This document shows positions 18,438 to 27,537 of a stretch of DNA of 40,299 nucleotides, piece by piece (position 1 is the first letter of the stretch; each line of letters starts with the position of its first letter). The position numbers and the translations under genes were made by a program. The stretch lies in sequence record PP856269. One strand, given 5' to 3'. Source of the DNA: Escherichia phage UFJF_EcSW4. The notes under the pieces are model-generated. The model ran no database searches, was not told the origin of the DNA, and worked only from the letters and a program-made list of their open reading frames with translations.

Positions 18438-18498
18438 TTAGGACCTAAGATATGACTATAAGATAGACTTTAGTCTTAACTTAAAGAGGAGATTCAAG

Positions 18499-18771
18499 AT
18501 GGCTATTAATGCTATTGAAAACGTTGTTAAGCAGTTACAGGAAGAAAGACTTGATGTCCCGAACATCTCACAGTCTGCTATCCAGTTCCTGCACGTATTG
18601 TTCAACGCAAGCTACGCTGAGAAGATGGGAGTTATCAGTCTCCTCAAGCAGCAAGGCTACAGCGATGCGTTCATTGCCGGGTTCATCAAGGGTCTCCAGT
18701 ATTGTTCTGACACTCTCGACTCTGCGATTGCTATGCGTCGTGAGCTGAAAGATACCGTTCAGTTTGATTAA
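18499..18771 (+). CDS. Hypothetical protein, 90 aa (gene 6.5 position)
   Basis: Strong SD (aaagaggag); assigned by position only. Confidence 0.55.
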   Translation: MAINAIENVVKQLQEERLDVPNISQSAIQFLHVLFNASYAEKMGVISLLKQQGYSDAFIAGFIKGLQYCSDTLDSAIAMRRELKDTVQFD

Positions 18772-18785
18772 CTGTAGGAGGGACT

Positions 18786-19010
18786 ATGTGTTTCAGTCCA
18801 AAGATTAGCACTCCGAAGCCTTCGGTCCAAGCACCTGAACCAGCACCTCTGAGTGAGGAAGTTGCGTCAGTTGACATCGGGGCTGAATCGGATGTTGACA
18901 CCAACGAGACCAAAGGTATCAAAGACCTTAAGGTCAAGAAGGAGTCTGCACCTAAAGATAAATCGTCAGTGAGCCGCGCTATGCGAGCCTCTGGCGTCAA
19001 CATGGGGTAA
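18786..19010 (+). CDS. 6.7: gp6.7-like virion protein
   Basis: The N-terminus MCFSPKISTPKP matches T7 gp6.7 (MCFSPKIKTPK) as recalled; no similarity seen beyond it. Confidence 0.7.
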   Translation: MCFSPKISTPKPSVQAPEPAPLSEEVASVDIGAESDVDTNETKGIKDLKVKKESAPKDKSSVSRAMRASGVNMG

Positions 19011-19014
19011 GACA

Positions 19015-19419
19015 ATGCTACCATATCTCAACTCACGCGAAGGTCGCCACATGTGCGCTTGTCGCCTCTGGGAAGACGGGCAGTCTAACTTCAAGTCATT
19101 TGAGGACTTCAAGGCTCATACTTACCGTATGGCTGACGAGTTCGACGGTGAAGAATACACAATCTACGATGTCTCAGGTCAACCAGTAGCGTATCTCTAC
19201 ATGCTGGCTACCGCATCTTGGCACAGACCGACTCCCGGTCTTGACCTTTCAATCGTCGCTATTCGTCGTGACTCGCAGTCCTCCCGCAAGGTTCTTGAGA
19301 CTGTCAGACACATCATAGACGAAGAGTGCAAGCGTTGGGGTCTTGGCTGGTATTCTCGTGTCAAGCATGTTTCCGGGTCGGTAGACATCGTAACAACTAA
19401 GGAGATTAATCGTGGGTAA
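19015..19419 (+). CDS. Hypothetical protein, 134 aa (gene 7 position)
   Basis: Positional only. Confidence 0.55.
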   Translation: MLPYLNSREGRHMCACRLWEDGQSNFKSFEDFKAHTYRMADEFDGEEYTIYDVSGQPVAYLYMLATASWHRPTPGLDLSIVAIRRDSQSSRKVLETVRHIIDEECKRWGLGWYSRVKHVSGSVDIVTTKEINRG

Positions 19420-19660
19420 ATCAATCAGTAAGGCATTCAAGAAAGTGGTGAAAAGTACGCTAGGGACCGTTGGTCTTGGCTCTGATGACGCACCTAAGGT
19501 TGTTGAGGCTCAGACCCCAGCAGCACCAGTGGAAGTACCGAACGACAAAGTGGAGGATGTGGATACTGAAACAACCGCATCTGACGAGAAGAAAGTGAAG
19601 CGTTCCGGTAAGCGTAGCCTTCAGGTCTCTCGTACCTCTGGTGGCGGTATTTCTATTTAA
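19412..19660 (+). CDS. 7.3: gp7.3-like tail/host-range protein
   Basis: GTG start after AAGGAG; the Lys-rich N-terminus and C-terminal KRSGKRSLQVSRTSGGGISI match T7 gp7.3 (...KKSLSVARSSGGGINI). Confidence 0.8.
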   Translation: MGKSISKAFKKVVKSTLGTVGLGSDDAPKVVEAQTPAAPVEVPNDKVEDVDTETTASDEKKVKRSGKRSLQVSRTSGGGISI

Positions 19661-19671
19661 GGAGGTGACGA

Positions 19672-21240
19672 ATGGCTGAACGTGAAGGGTTCGCTGCTGA
19701 AGGAGCCAAAGCGGTCTATGACCGACTGAAGAACGGTAGACAGCCATATGAGACACGCGCTCAGAACTGTGCTGCTGTCACTATCCCATCACTATTTCCT
19801 AAGGAGTCCGACAACTCGTCTACTGAGTACACCACTCCGTGGCAAGCTGTGGGTGCTCGCTGCTTGAACAACTTGGCTGCAAAGCTGATGTTGGCATTAT
19901 TCCCTCAGTCACCGTGGATGCGACTGACAGTCTCCGAATATGAGGCAAAGACCTTGAGTCAGGACTCAGAGGCGGCTGCTCGTGTTGATGAAGGGCTGGC
20001 TATGGTCGAGCGTGTGTTGATGGCTTACATGGAGACTAACAGTTTCCGTGTCCCATTATTCGAGGCGCTGAAGCAGCTTATAGTCTCCGGTAACTGTCTG
20101 CTCTACATTCCAGAGCCTGAACAGGGAACCTACAGTCCCATGCGAATGTACCGCTTAGTGTCTTACGTTGTTCAACGTGATGCGTTCGGTAATATCTTGC
20201 AGATTGTGACTCTCGACAAGGTAGCGTTTAGTGCTCTACCGGAAGACGTGAAGTCTCAACTCAACGCAGACGACTATGAGCCTGACACCGAGCTTGAAGT
20301 GTATACGCACATCTACCGTCAGGACGACGAGTATCTGCGCTACGAGGAGGTGGAAGGCATTGAGGTGACAGGGACCGATGGTTCCTACCCGCTGACTGCA
20401 TGTCCATACATCCCGGTACGAATGGTTCGACTGGATGGTGAAGACTACGGTCGTTCTTACTGCGAGGAGTATCTGGGAGACCTGAACTCGCTGGAGACGA
20501 TTACAGAAGCTATCACTAAAATGGCTAAGGTAGCCTCCAAGGTGATTGGCCTCGTTAACCCGAACGGTATCACGCAACCTCGACGTCTGAACAAGGCGGC
20601 TACAGGTGAGTTCGTGGCTGGTCGCGTTGAGGACATCAACTTCCTGCAACTGACGAAAGGTCAGGACTTTACGATTGCTAAGTCGGTGGCTGACGCTATC
20701 GAGCAACGTTTAGGCTGGGCCTTCCTTCTTAATAGTGCTGTTCAGCGTAATGCCGAGCGAGTCACTGCCGAAGAGATTCGTTATGTTGCTGGCGAACTGG
20801 AGGCGACCTTAGGTGGCGTGTACTCAGTACAGTCACAAGAGCTTCAGTTACCTATCGTCCGTGTACTGATGAACCAACTTCAGTCTGCTGGCATGATTCC
20901 TGACCTTCCGAAAGAAGCGGTAGAGCCTACGGTCTCCACTGGTCTGGAAGCTCTGGGCCGTGGTCAGGACTTGGAGAAGCTGACTCAGGCGGTTAACATG
21001 ATGACAGGTCTTCAGCCGCTATCTCAGGACCCGGACATCAACTTGCCGACCCTTAAGCTGCGACTCCTGAACGCTCTGGGCATCGACACCGCTGGCCTAC
21101 TCCTGACGCAAGACGAGAAGATTCAGCGCATGGCTGAGCAGTCGTCTCAACAGGCAGTTGTCCAAGGTGCTAGTGCTGCTGGTGCTAACATGGGGGCTGC
21201 TGTAGGTCAAGGAGCTGGTGAGGACATGGCTCAAGCCTAA
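19672..21240 (+). CDS. 8: Portal (head-to-tail connector) protein
   Basis: YETRAQNCA, TPWQAVGAR, YRLVSYVVQRDAFGN, CPYIPVRMVRLDGEDYGRSY, GLVNPNGITQPRRL, RVTAEEIRYVAGELE match T7 gp8. Confidence 0.97.
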   Translation: MAEREGFAAEGAKAVYDRLKNGRQPYETRAQNCAAVTIPSLFPKESDNSSTEYTTPWQAVGARCLNNLAAKLMLALFPQSPWMRLTVSEYEAKTLSQDSEAAARVDEGLAMVERVLMAYMETNSFRVPLFEALKQLIVSGNCLLYIPEPEQGTYSPMRMYRLVSYVVQRDAFGNILQIVTLDKVAFSALPEDVKSQLNADDYEPDTELEVYTHIYRQDDEYLRYEEVEGIEVTGTDGSYPLTACPYIPVRMVRLDGEDYGRSYCEEYLGDLNSLETITEAITKMAKVASKVIGLVNPNGITQPRRLNKAATGEFVAGRVEDINFLQLTKGQDFTIAKSVADAIEQRLGWAFLLNSAVQRNAERVTAEEIRYVAGELEATLGGVYSVQSQELQLPIVRVLMNQLQSAGMIPDLPKEAVEPTVSTGLEALGRGQDLEKLTQAVNMMTGLQPLSQDPDINLPTLKLRLLNALGIDTAGLLLTQDEKIQRMAEQSSQQAVVQGASAAGANMGAAVGQGAGEDMAQA

Positions 21241-21258
21241 ACTATCACTATAGGAACA
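21236..21258 (+). promoter_or_regulatory. Phage RNAP promoter (phi9-position)
   Basis: CCTAAACTATCACTATAGGAACA; the portal stop TAA is the TAA of the promoter. Confidence 0.75.
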
Positions 21259-21348
21259 GCACAACTTGAGTGAGTGAACGCATAGCCAGCCGTAACGGGA
21301 GGGCAGGTTGTTGTGTTTCCTATTAACGACTTAAAGGAGAATGACTTA

Positions 21349-22230
21349 ATGTCTCAATCAGTTTATGCCGAGTTCGGCGTTAGCTCTAATGCAATCACTG
21401 GTTCCGTTGAGGACCTGAACGAACACCAGAAGTCTATGCTTGAACAGGACGTAGCTGTTCGTGATGGCGATGACGCTATTACCTTCAAGCAACTGGAAGC
21501 CGAAAACGAAGAGGCGACCGAAGAAGACGAGAACGTCGAAGAGGCTGAAGGTGAAGACAACGAGTCCGATGACGAAGAGTCTGAGACCGATGGTGAGCAG
21601 CCTGAGTTCATCGAACTGGGTGATGCACCGAAAGAGCTGACCGAAAGTGTCACCGCTCTGGATGAAAACGAAGCTGCATTTGACGACATGGTGTCTTCTG
21701 CTGTAGAAGCTGGCAAGGTCACTGCTGATGAAATTACCGCTATCAAGGCTGAATACGCCAAGGACGGTAAGCTGTCTGACGCATCCTACGCTAAGTTGCA
21801 GGAAGCAGGTTACACAAAGCGTTTCGTAGATTCGTTTGTCCGGGGTCAGGAAGCTCTTGCTGAACAGTATGCTGCTGGTGTGGTTCGCTACGCTGGTGGT
21901 GCTGAACAGTTTAATCGCATCCTGTCACACCTTGAGTCCAACGACCCGTCAACTCGTGAAGCACTTGAAGCTGCTATCGTTCGTAAGGACATTGCTACTA
22001 CCAAAGCTCTGCTGAATCTGGCTGGCAAGACTCTGGGTAAAGCTGTGGGTGTTAAACCTCAGCGTACCATCACCACTCAGGCTAAACCTGTGGTCGCACC
22101 TAAGGCTCCTCAGACCGAAGCATTCAGCTCCAAGGCTGACATGATTAAGGCTATGAGTGACCCGCGATACCTGCGTGACGCTAAATACACGATGGAAGTT
22201 CGCGCTAAGGTAGCTGCCTCAAGCCTGTAG
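21349..22230 (+). CDS. 9: Capsid assembly (scaffolding) protein
   Basis: Acidic protein; VYAEFGV..., SYAKLQEAGYTKRFVDSFVRGQEALAEQY and C-terminal KAMSDPRYLRDAKY match T7 gp9; ATG at 21349 has AAGGAG upstream (track ORF starts at a GTG at 21313). Confidence 0.9.
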   Translation: MSQSVYAEFGVSSNAITGSVEDLNEHQKSMLEQDVAVRDGDDAITFKQLEAENEEATEEDENVEEAEGEDNESDDEESETDGEQPEFIELGDAPKELTESVTALDENEAAFDDMVSSAVEAGKVTADEITAIKAEYAKDGKLSDASYAKLQEAGYTKRFVDSFVRGQEALAEQYAAGVVRYAGGAEQFNRILSHLESNDPSTREALEAAIVRKDIATTKALLNLAGKTLGKAVGVKPQRTITTQAKPVVAPKAPQTEAFSSKADMIKAMSDPRYLRDAKYTMEVRAKVAASSL

Positions 22231-22231
22231 G

Positions 22232-22254
22232 ACTAAACTATCACTATAGGGAGA
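22232..22254 (+). promoter_or_regulatory. Phage RNAP promoter (phi10-position; full TATAGGGAGA initiation region)
   Basis: ACTAAACTATCACTATAGGGAGACC; +1 at 22249; the closest match to a strong class III promoter. Confidence 0.85.
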
Positions 22255-22356
22255 CCAAGAGAAAGACTCAAGGTTTCCCTATTACTTCAGTCCATACGGA
22301 TTGGGCGTACAGTAAGTAATAAACTTTATCTTTCAATTGAATAGGAGAATTATCAT

Positions 22357-23406
22357 ATGGCAAACGTTCCGGGTCAGAAAGTTGGTACAGACCAAGGTAA
22401 AGGCAAATCTGGTTCCGACGCTCTGGCGTTGTTCCTGAAGGTCTTTGCTGGCGAAGTCCTGACCGCATTCACTCGCCGCTCTGTAACTGCTGACAAGCAT
22501 ATTGTCCGCACCATTCAGAACGGTAAGTCTGCTCAGTTCCCGGTCATGGGTCGCACCTCTGGTGTGTATCTGGCTCCTGGTGAGCGACTGTCCGATAAGC
22601 GTAAAGGTATCAAACATACCGAGAAAGTGATTACCATTGACGGTCTGCTGACTGCCGATGTGATGATTTTCGACATTGAAGACGCGATGAACCACTATGA
22701 CGTGGCTGGCGAGTACTCCAACCAGTTGGGCGAAGCTCTGGCTATCGCTGCCGATGGTGCGGTACTGGCTGAGATGGCCATTCTGTGTAACCTACCGGCT
22801 GCATCTGATGAAAACATCGCTGGTCTTGGCAAAGCGTCTGTGCTGGAAGTTGGTACTAAAGCCAACCTGAACACTCCGGCTAAGCTGGGTGAAGCAATCA
22901 TCGGTCAACTAACCATTGCTCGTGCGAAGCTGACATCCAACTACGTTCCTGCTGGCGACCGTTACTTCTACACCACGCCGGACAACTACTCTGCAATCCT
23001 CGCGGCTCTAATGCCGAACGCTGCTAACTATGCTGCGCTGATTGACCCAGAGACTGGTAACATCCGTAACGTAATGGGCTTCGTTGTGGTTGAAGTTCCT
23101 CACCTTACTCAGGGCGGCGCTGGTGAGACTCGTGGTGACGATGGTATCTCCATTGCTTCTGGTCAGAAACACGCATTCCCAGCGACTTCTAGCGCTACCG
23201 TTAAGGTTGCTCTGGACAACGTTGTGGGCCTGTTCTCTCACCGTTCTGCTGTAGGTACTGTTAAGCTGCGTGACTTGGCGCTGGAACGTGACCGTGACGT
23301 AGATGCTCAGGGCGACCTGATTGTTGGTAAGTACGCTATGGGTCACGGCGGTCTGCGTCCAGAAGCGGCAGGAGCACTGGTTTTCACAGCGGCGCCAGCG
23401 GTTTAA
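22357..23406 (+). CDS. 10: Major capsid protein (10A form)
   Basis: LALFLKVF.GEVLTAF, SAQFPV.GRT, KHTEKVITIDGLLTADV, EDAMNHYDV, AALMPNAANYAALIDPE, NVMGF.VVEVPHLT, AVGTVKLRDLALER, KYAMGHGGLRPEAAGA match T7 gp10A. Confidence 0.97.
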   Translation: MANVPGQKVGTDQGKGKSGSDALALFLKVFAGEVLTAFTRRSVTADKHIVRTIQNGKSAQFPVMGRTSGVYLAPGERLSDKRKGIKHTEKVITIDGLLTADVMIFDIEDAMNHYDVAGEYSNQLGEALAIAADGAVLAEMAILCNLPAASDENIAGLGKASVLEVGTKANLNTPAKLGEAIIGQLTIARAKLTSNYVPAGDRYFYTTPDNYSAILAALMPNAANYAALIDPETGNIRNVMGFVVVEVPHLTQGGAGETRGDDGISIASGQKHAFPATSSATVKVALDNVVGLFSHRSAVGTVKLRDLALERDRDVDAQGDLIVGKYAMGHGGLRPEAAGALVFTAAPAV

Positions 23407-23669
23407 CGACCTTTAAGGCCCTCTCTACAGAGGGTCCTACCTTAGAGACGTACAGTTCTACGGTGGGGACCAGCCTGAAGGTTGACTTCCCTGAGCTTTC
23501 AGATGTGACCGACTGGTCGCTGCTTGATGTTACTACGCCTGATGGTGTTAGTTACTCCCGTAGAACCAACAGTCTCTACTTCAAGGCCACCTCTGGCGTG
23601 GAAGGTCTAGTGATTGTTGAGTATGACGGTTCGCCTGTGCGTTCCTTCAACGTATCTTTCACAAACTAA
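22357..23669 (+). CDS. 10: Predicted minor capsid protein (10B-type), made by a -1 ribosomal frameshift near 23379-23385 (GGTTTTC)
   Basis: The -1 frame is open from 23331 to 23669, overlapping the last 25 codons of 10A; GGTTTTC lies 8 codons before the 10A stop, and the T7 10A C-terminus has the same ...VVF motif; gives a roughly 95-aa extension. Not computed beyond reading the frames. Confidence 0.45.
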
Positions 23670-23673
23670 TTGA

Positions 23674-23713
23674 AACCCCTTGGGTGCCTTCGGGTGCTTG
23701 AGGGGTTTTTTTG
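23674..23713 (+). terminator. Tphi-like transcription terminator
   Basis: AACCCCT tgggtgccttcgggtgcttg AGGGGTT then TTTTTTG; same architecture and location (after the capsid gene) as T7 Tphi. Confidence 0.8.
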
Positions 23714-23727
23714 CTTAAGGAGGGACT

Positions 23728-23817
23728 ATGGTCCTTATTTACACAGGGTTAGCACTATTCGTCTTATTCTGGGCGTACCTTCTGTCCAGCTCACCGTCTA
23801 GTGCCTATGACCGTTAA
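23728..23817 (+). CDS. Possible 29-aa hydrophobic peptide between Tphi and gene 11
   Basis: AAGGAGGG then ATG at spacing 5; MVLIYTGLALFVLFWAYLLSSSPSSAYDR; very short, may be spurious. Confidence 0.2.
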   Translation: MVLIYTGLALFVLFWAYLLSSSPSSAYDR

Positions 23818-23829
23818 GGAGTAAAACCT

Positions 23830-24396
23830 ATGGCTCAATACATTCCACTGAATGCTAACGATGACTTAGATGCCATCAACGATATGTTAGCAGCTATCGG
23901 TGAACCAGCAGTCCTACAGCTTGATGAAGGCAATGCTGACGTCTCGAATGCTCAACGCATCCTGCATCGTGTCAATCGTCAGGTCCAAGCTAAGGGATGG
24001 AACTTTAACATTAATGAAGCTGCTGTCCTGACACCTGATGTCCAAGACAACAGGATTCGATTCCTGCCGTCATACCTTCGTGTAATGACTGCCGGGGCCA
24101 CCAGCTACTACAGCAACATGGGTGGATACCTGTACGACCTGTCCACTCAGTCAACCACTTTCACCGACCCTATAACGGTAGAGCTTGTTGAGATGAAACC
24201 GTTCTCTGAGATGCCTGTGGTATTCAGGGATTACATCGTTACCAAGGCCAGCCGTGAGTTCAACGCTAAGTTCTTCGGTAGCCCAGAGTCTGAACTGTAC
24301 CTTCGTGAGCAGGAAGCAGAACTCTATCAGCAGGTCATGGAATACGAGATGGACACTGGTCGCTACAACATGATGTCCGACATCGGGAGGGACTAA
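23830..24396 (+). CDS. 11: Tail tubular protein A
   Basis: INDMLAAIGEP, NAQRILHRVNRQVQAKGWNFNI, GGYLYDLSTQS, FRDYIVTKASREFNAKFFG, MEYEMD match T7 gp11. Confidence 0.95.
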   Translation: MAQYIPLNANDDLDAINDMLAAIGEPAVLQLDEGNADVSNAQRILHRVNRQVQAKGWNFNINEAAVLTPDVQDNRIRFLPSYLRVMTAGATSYYSNMGGYLYDLSTQSTTFTDPITVELVEMKPFSEMPVVFRDYIVTKASREFNAKFFGSPESELYLREQEAELYQQVMEYEMDTGRYNMMSDIGRD

Positions 24397-24623
24397 TGGC
24401 TAGTCACAACCTGAAGATTCACCGCCAACACTTTGGTCCGGTACAACTAGGTCTAAAGACAGCAGAGCTGAGACTTAACGACCGTGACTTTAAGGTTGGC
24501 GACTGGCTTATCCTGAATGAGTGGGACAACGGGTATACTGGACAACAGGTAGCACGTAAGGTTGTCCACATTGATGACGTTGGTGACATCGCTGAGGGAT
24601 ACGTCCTAATGAGTATGATTTAA
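24396..24623 (+). CDS. DUF3850/ASCH-like small protein inserted between tail tubular genes
   Basis: 75 aa; H.LKIHRQHF.....GLKTAELRLNDRDFKVGDWLILNEW...YTG...GYVLMS fits the DUF3850 (ASCH/PUA-like) pattern as I recall it; ATG overlaps the gp11 stop (TAATG) with GGGAGGG upstream. Confidence 0.6.
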   Translation: MASHNLKIHRQHFGPVQLGLKTAELRLNDRDFKVGDWLILNEWDNGYTGQQVARKVVHIDDVGDIAEGYVLMSMI

Positions 24624-24632
24624 GGAGGGCCT

Positions 24633-26990
24633 ATGCCACTAATTACTCAATCAATCAAGAACCTTAAAGGCGGTATTAGCCAGCAGCCAGACATACTGAG
24701 GTTCTCAGACCAAGGCGAGGAGCAAGTTAACTGCTGGTCATCCGAAAGTGATGGACTCCAGAAGCGTCCACCTACAGTCTTCAAGCGACGTCTTGACATC
24801 GACGTTGGGAGCAACCCTAAGTTCCACCTGATTAACCGTGATGAGCAGGAGCAGTATTACATCGTGTTCAACGGGTCCAACATTCAGGTAGTCGACTTGA
24901 GCGGTAATCAATACTCAGTTTCAGGTGCGGTAGACTACGTTAAGTCGTCCAACCCGCGAGATGACATCCGTGTCGTTACAGTTGCAGACTATACGTTCAT
25001 CGTGAACCGTAAGGTTGTCGTTAACGGTGGAAGCGAGAAGTCACACTCTGGTTATAATCGTAAAGCTCGTGCTTTAATTAACCTGCGTGGTGGACAGTAT
25101 GGTCGCACCCTTAAGGTAGGAATCAACGGAGGCGTTAAGGTTTCGCATAAGCTGCCAGCAGGTAATGATGCCGAGAATGACCCACCTAAGGTGGATGCTC
25201 AGGCCATCGGTGCAGCTCTGAGAGACCTTCTTGTTGCTGCTTACCCTACCTTCACGTTCGACCTTGGGTCTGGCTTCCTGTTAATCACTGCCCCTTCAGG
25301 GACTGACATTAACTCAGTGGAGACGGAGGATGGCTACGCTAACCAGCTAATCAGCCCAGTCCTAGACACGGTGCAAACAATCTCTAAGTTGCCTCTTGCG
25401 GCTCCAAATGGGTACATCATTAAGATTCAAGGTGAGACCAACAGTAGCGCCGATGAATATTACGTGATGTATGACTCCAACACTAAGACGTGGAAGGAGA
25501 CAGTAGAGCCGGGAGTTGTCACTGGGTTCGATGTAACCACAATGCCACATGCTCTGGTCAGAAAGTCTGATGGCTCCTTTGAGTTCAAGACTCTGGACTG
25601 GTCTAAGCGCGGTGCGGGTAATGATGCCACAAACCCTATGCCCAGCTTCGTGGATGCTACGATTAACGATGTGTTCTTCTACAGGAACAGGCTGGGGTTC
25701 TTGTCGGGCGAGAACGTAATTATGAGCCGTTCAGCCAGCTACTTTGCGTTCTTCCCTAAGAGTGTGGCGACATTGAGTGATGATGACCCTATTGACGTAG
25801 CTGTAAGTCACCCTAGAATCTCAATACTTAAGTATGCCGTTCCGTTTAGCGAGCAGCTACTACTTTGGTCAGATGAGGTGCAGTTCGTGATGACAAGCTC
25901 AGGGGTCCTTACCTCGAAGTCTATCCAGCTTGATGTGGGCTCAGAGTTTGCCTTAGGTGATAACGCCAGACCGTTCGCTGTAGGACGCTCAGTCTTCTTC
26001 TCAGCACCTCGTGGGTCATTCACCAGCATTAAGCGATACTTCGCTGTAGCAGATGTGTCTGACGTGAAGGATGCCGATGATACCACTGGTCACGTACTGT
26101 CCTATATCCCTAACGGGGTGTTTGACATTCAGGGAACAGGAACTGAGAACTACATCTGCGTCAACTCTACAGGTGCATACAACCGAATCTACATCTACAA
26201 GTTCCTGTTTAAGGACGGCGTACAGCTTCAAGCCTCTTGGTCGCACTGGGAGTTCCCTAAAGCTGATAAGATTCTGGCGTCTGCGTCGATTGGCTCTACC
26301 ATGTTCATTGTTCGTCAGCACCAAGGGGGTGTGGACATTGAGCACCTTAAGTTCATCAAGGAGGCGACTGACTTTCCATTAGAGCCGTATAGACTCCACG
26401 TTGACTCCAAGGTGTCTATGGTAATCCCAATTGGCTCATATAACGCTGACACCTATGAGACTACGGTCGACATTGGTTCTGCTTATGGTGGAAACGCTCC
26501 GTCTCCAGGTCGGTACTATCTGATTGACAGTCAGGGTGCCTATGTGGACCTTGGTGAACTGACCGACATCTCAACTGTGGCTATACTCAATGGCGATTGG
26601 TCGGGACGTACAGTGTTCATCGGACGGTCTTATCTGATGTCCTACAAGTTCTCACGGTTCCTGATTAAGATTGAAGATGAGAGTGGCACTCAGTCTGAAG
26701 ACACTGGACGTCTACAACTTCGCAGGGCTTGGGTCAACTACAAGGACACTGGCGCTCTTAGACTCATTGTCAGAAACGGTGAGCGGGAGTTCGTGAACAC
26801 CTTTAATGGGTACACCCTTGGTCAGCAAACCATCGGGACTACCAACATTGGGGATGGACAGTATCGCTTCGCTATGAATGGTAACGCATTAACCACGAGC
26901 CTAACCTTAGAGTCAGACTATCCTACCCCAGTGTCCATCGTTGGGTGTGGCTGGGAGGCGTCATACGCTAAGAAAGCTCGTTCCGTCTAA
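24633..26990 (+). CDS. 12: Tail tubular protein B
   Basis: 785 aa; SQSIKNLKGGISQQPDILR, GLQKRPP, HLINRDE.EQYY, VTVADYTFIVNR, INDVFFYRNRLGFLSGENV, DDDPIDVAVS, ILKYAVPFSE, LQLRRAWVNY, GCGWE match T7 gp12. Confidence 0.97.
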   Translation: MPLITQSIKNLKGGISQQPDILRFSDQGEEQVNCWSSESDGLQKRPPTVFKRRLDIDVGSNPKFHLINRDEQEQYYIVFNGSNIQVVDLSGNQYSVSGAVDYVKSSNPRDDIRVVTVADYTFIVNRKVVVNGGSEKSHSGYNRKARALINLRGGQYGRTLKVGINGGVKVSHKLPAGNDAENDPPKVDAQAIGAALRDLLVAAYPTFTFDLGSGFLLITAPSGTDINSVETEDGYANQLISPVLDTVQTISKLPLAAPNGYIIKIQGETNSSADEYYVMYDSNTKTWKETVEPGVVTGFDVTTMPHALVRKSDGSFEFKTLDWSKRGAGNDATNPMPSFVDATINDVFFYRNRLGFLSGENVIMSRSASYFAFFPKSVATLSDDDPIDVAVSHPRISILKYAVPFSEQLLLWSDEVQFVMTSSGVLTSKSIQLDVGSEFALGDNARPFAVGRSVFFSAPRGSFTSIKRYFAVADVSDVKDADDTTGHVLSYIPNGVFDIQGTGTENYICVNSTGAYNRIYIYKFLFKDGVQLQASWSHWEFPKADKILASASIGSTMFIVRQHQGGVDIEHLKFIKEATDFPLEPYRLHVDSKVSMVIPIGSYNADTYETTVDIGSAYGGNAPSPGRYYLIDSQGAYVDLGELTDISTVAILNGDWSGRTVFIGRSYLMSYKFSRFLIKIEDESGTQSEDTGRLQLRRAWVNYKDTGALRLIVRNGEREFVNTFNGYTLGQQTIGTTNIGDGQYRFAMNGNALTTSLTLESDYPTPVSIVGCGWEASYAKKARSV

Positions 26991-27014
26991 CTTATTGAAT
27001 GGCCTATAGATTTA

Positions 27015-27037
27015 CCTTAACTATCACTATAGGGACT
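27015..27037 (+). promoter_or_regulatory. Phage RNAP promoter (phi13-position)
   Basis: CCTTAACTATCACTATAGGGACT; +1 at 27032. Confidence 0.75.
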
Positions 27038-27066
27038 ATAGGCCCTTAAGGTTATAAGGAGACTTT

Positions 27067-27537
27067 ATGTATATTCGCAAGGCTACGGAACCAGATGTCC
27101 ACTACTTTCTGTGGCATCTTTCAGCAGATGATGTTAATGAGTGCAAAGCAAACTATGGGTCAACCGTTGGTCTCTCTGAAAGACTGCTTAAGCATCTATC
27201 TCCGTCATCTGTGGTTTTAACGAACGGTGTAGGCGAAGTGTTTGCCTATGGTGGAAACCAAGGGGATAACGTATGGTTCTTGACTTCCGGTCTTGTCCAT
27301 AAGCTGAGACCTAAAGAGAAGCTGGAGTTCATAAAGCGTATCTCTGAGTACAGGGACTTAATGTTAGACCAATACGGGACCATCTGGAACTACGTGTGGT
27401 CAGGCACTAAGTCTCACATTAAATTCTTGAAGTTGCTTGGGGCTAAATTCCATGATGATTGGACTGTAAGCCCAGTAACTGGTGAGCGTTTTCAACTATT
27501 CACTATCTCTAAGGAGGACGTATGTGCGAGCCAGTAA
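27067..27537 (+). CDS. Internal virion protein (gene 13 position)
   Basis: 156-aa ORF with SD (taaggagac) between gp12 and gp14; assignment positional. Confidence 0.65.
   Translation: MYIRKATEPDVHYFLWHLSADDVNECKANYGSTVGLSERLLKHLSPSSVVLTNGVGEVFAYGGNQGDNVWFLTSGLVHKLRPKEKLEFIKRISEYRDLMLDQYGTIWNYVWSGTKSHIKFLKLLGAKFHDDWTVSPVTGERFQLFTISKEDVCASQ

Noticed and set aside
21363-21761. 132-aa Ser-rich ORF on the minus strand
   Set aside because: Antisense image of the acidic Glu/Asp-rich part of the scaffold gene; compositional artefact.
23463-23669. 68-aa ORF after the capsid gene as an independent gene
   Set aside because: Its frame is open well upstream into the capsid gene and is the -1 frame of gene 10; better explained as the frameshift extension (10B) than a separately initiated protein.
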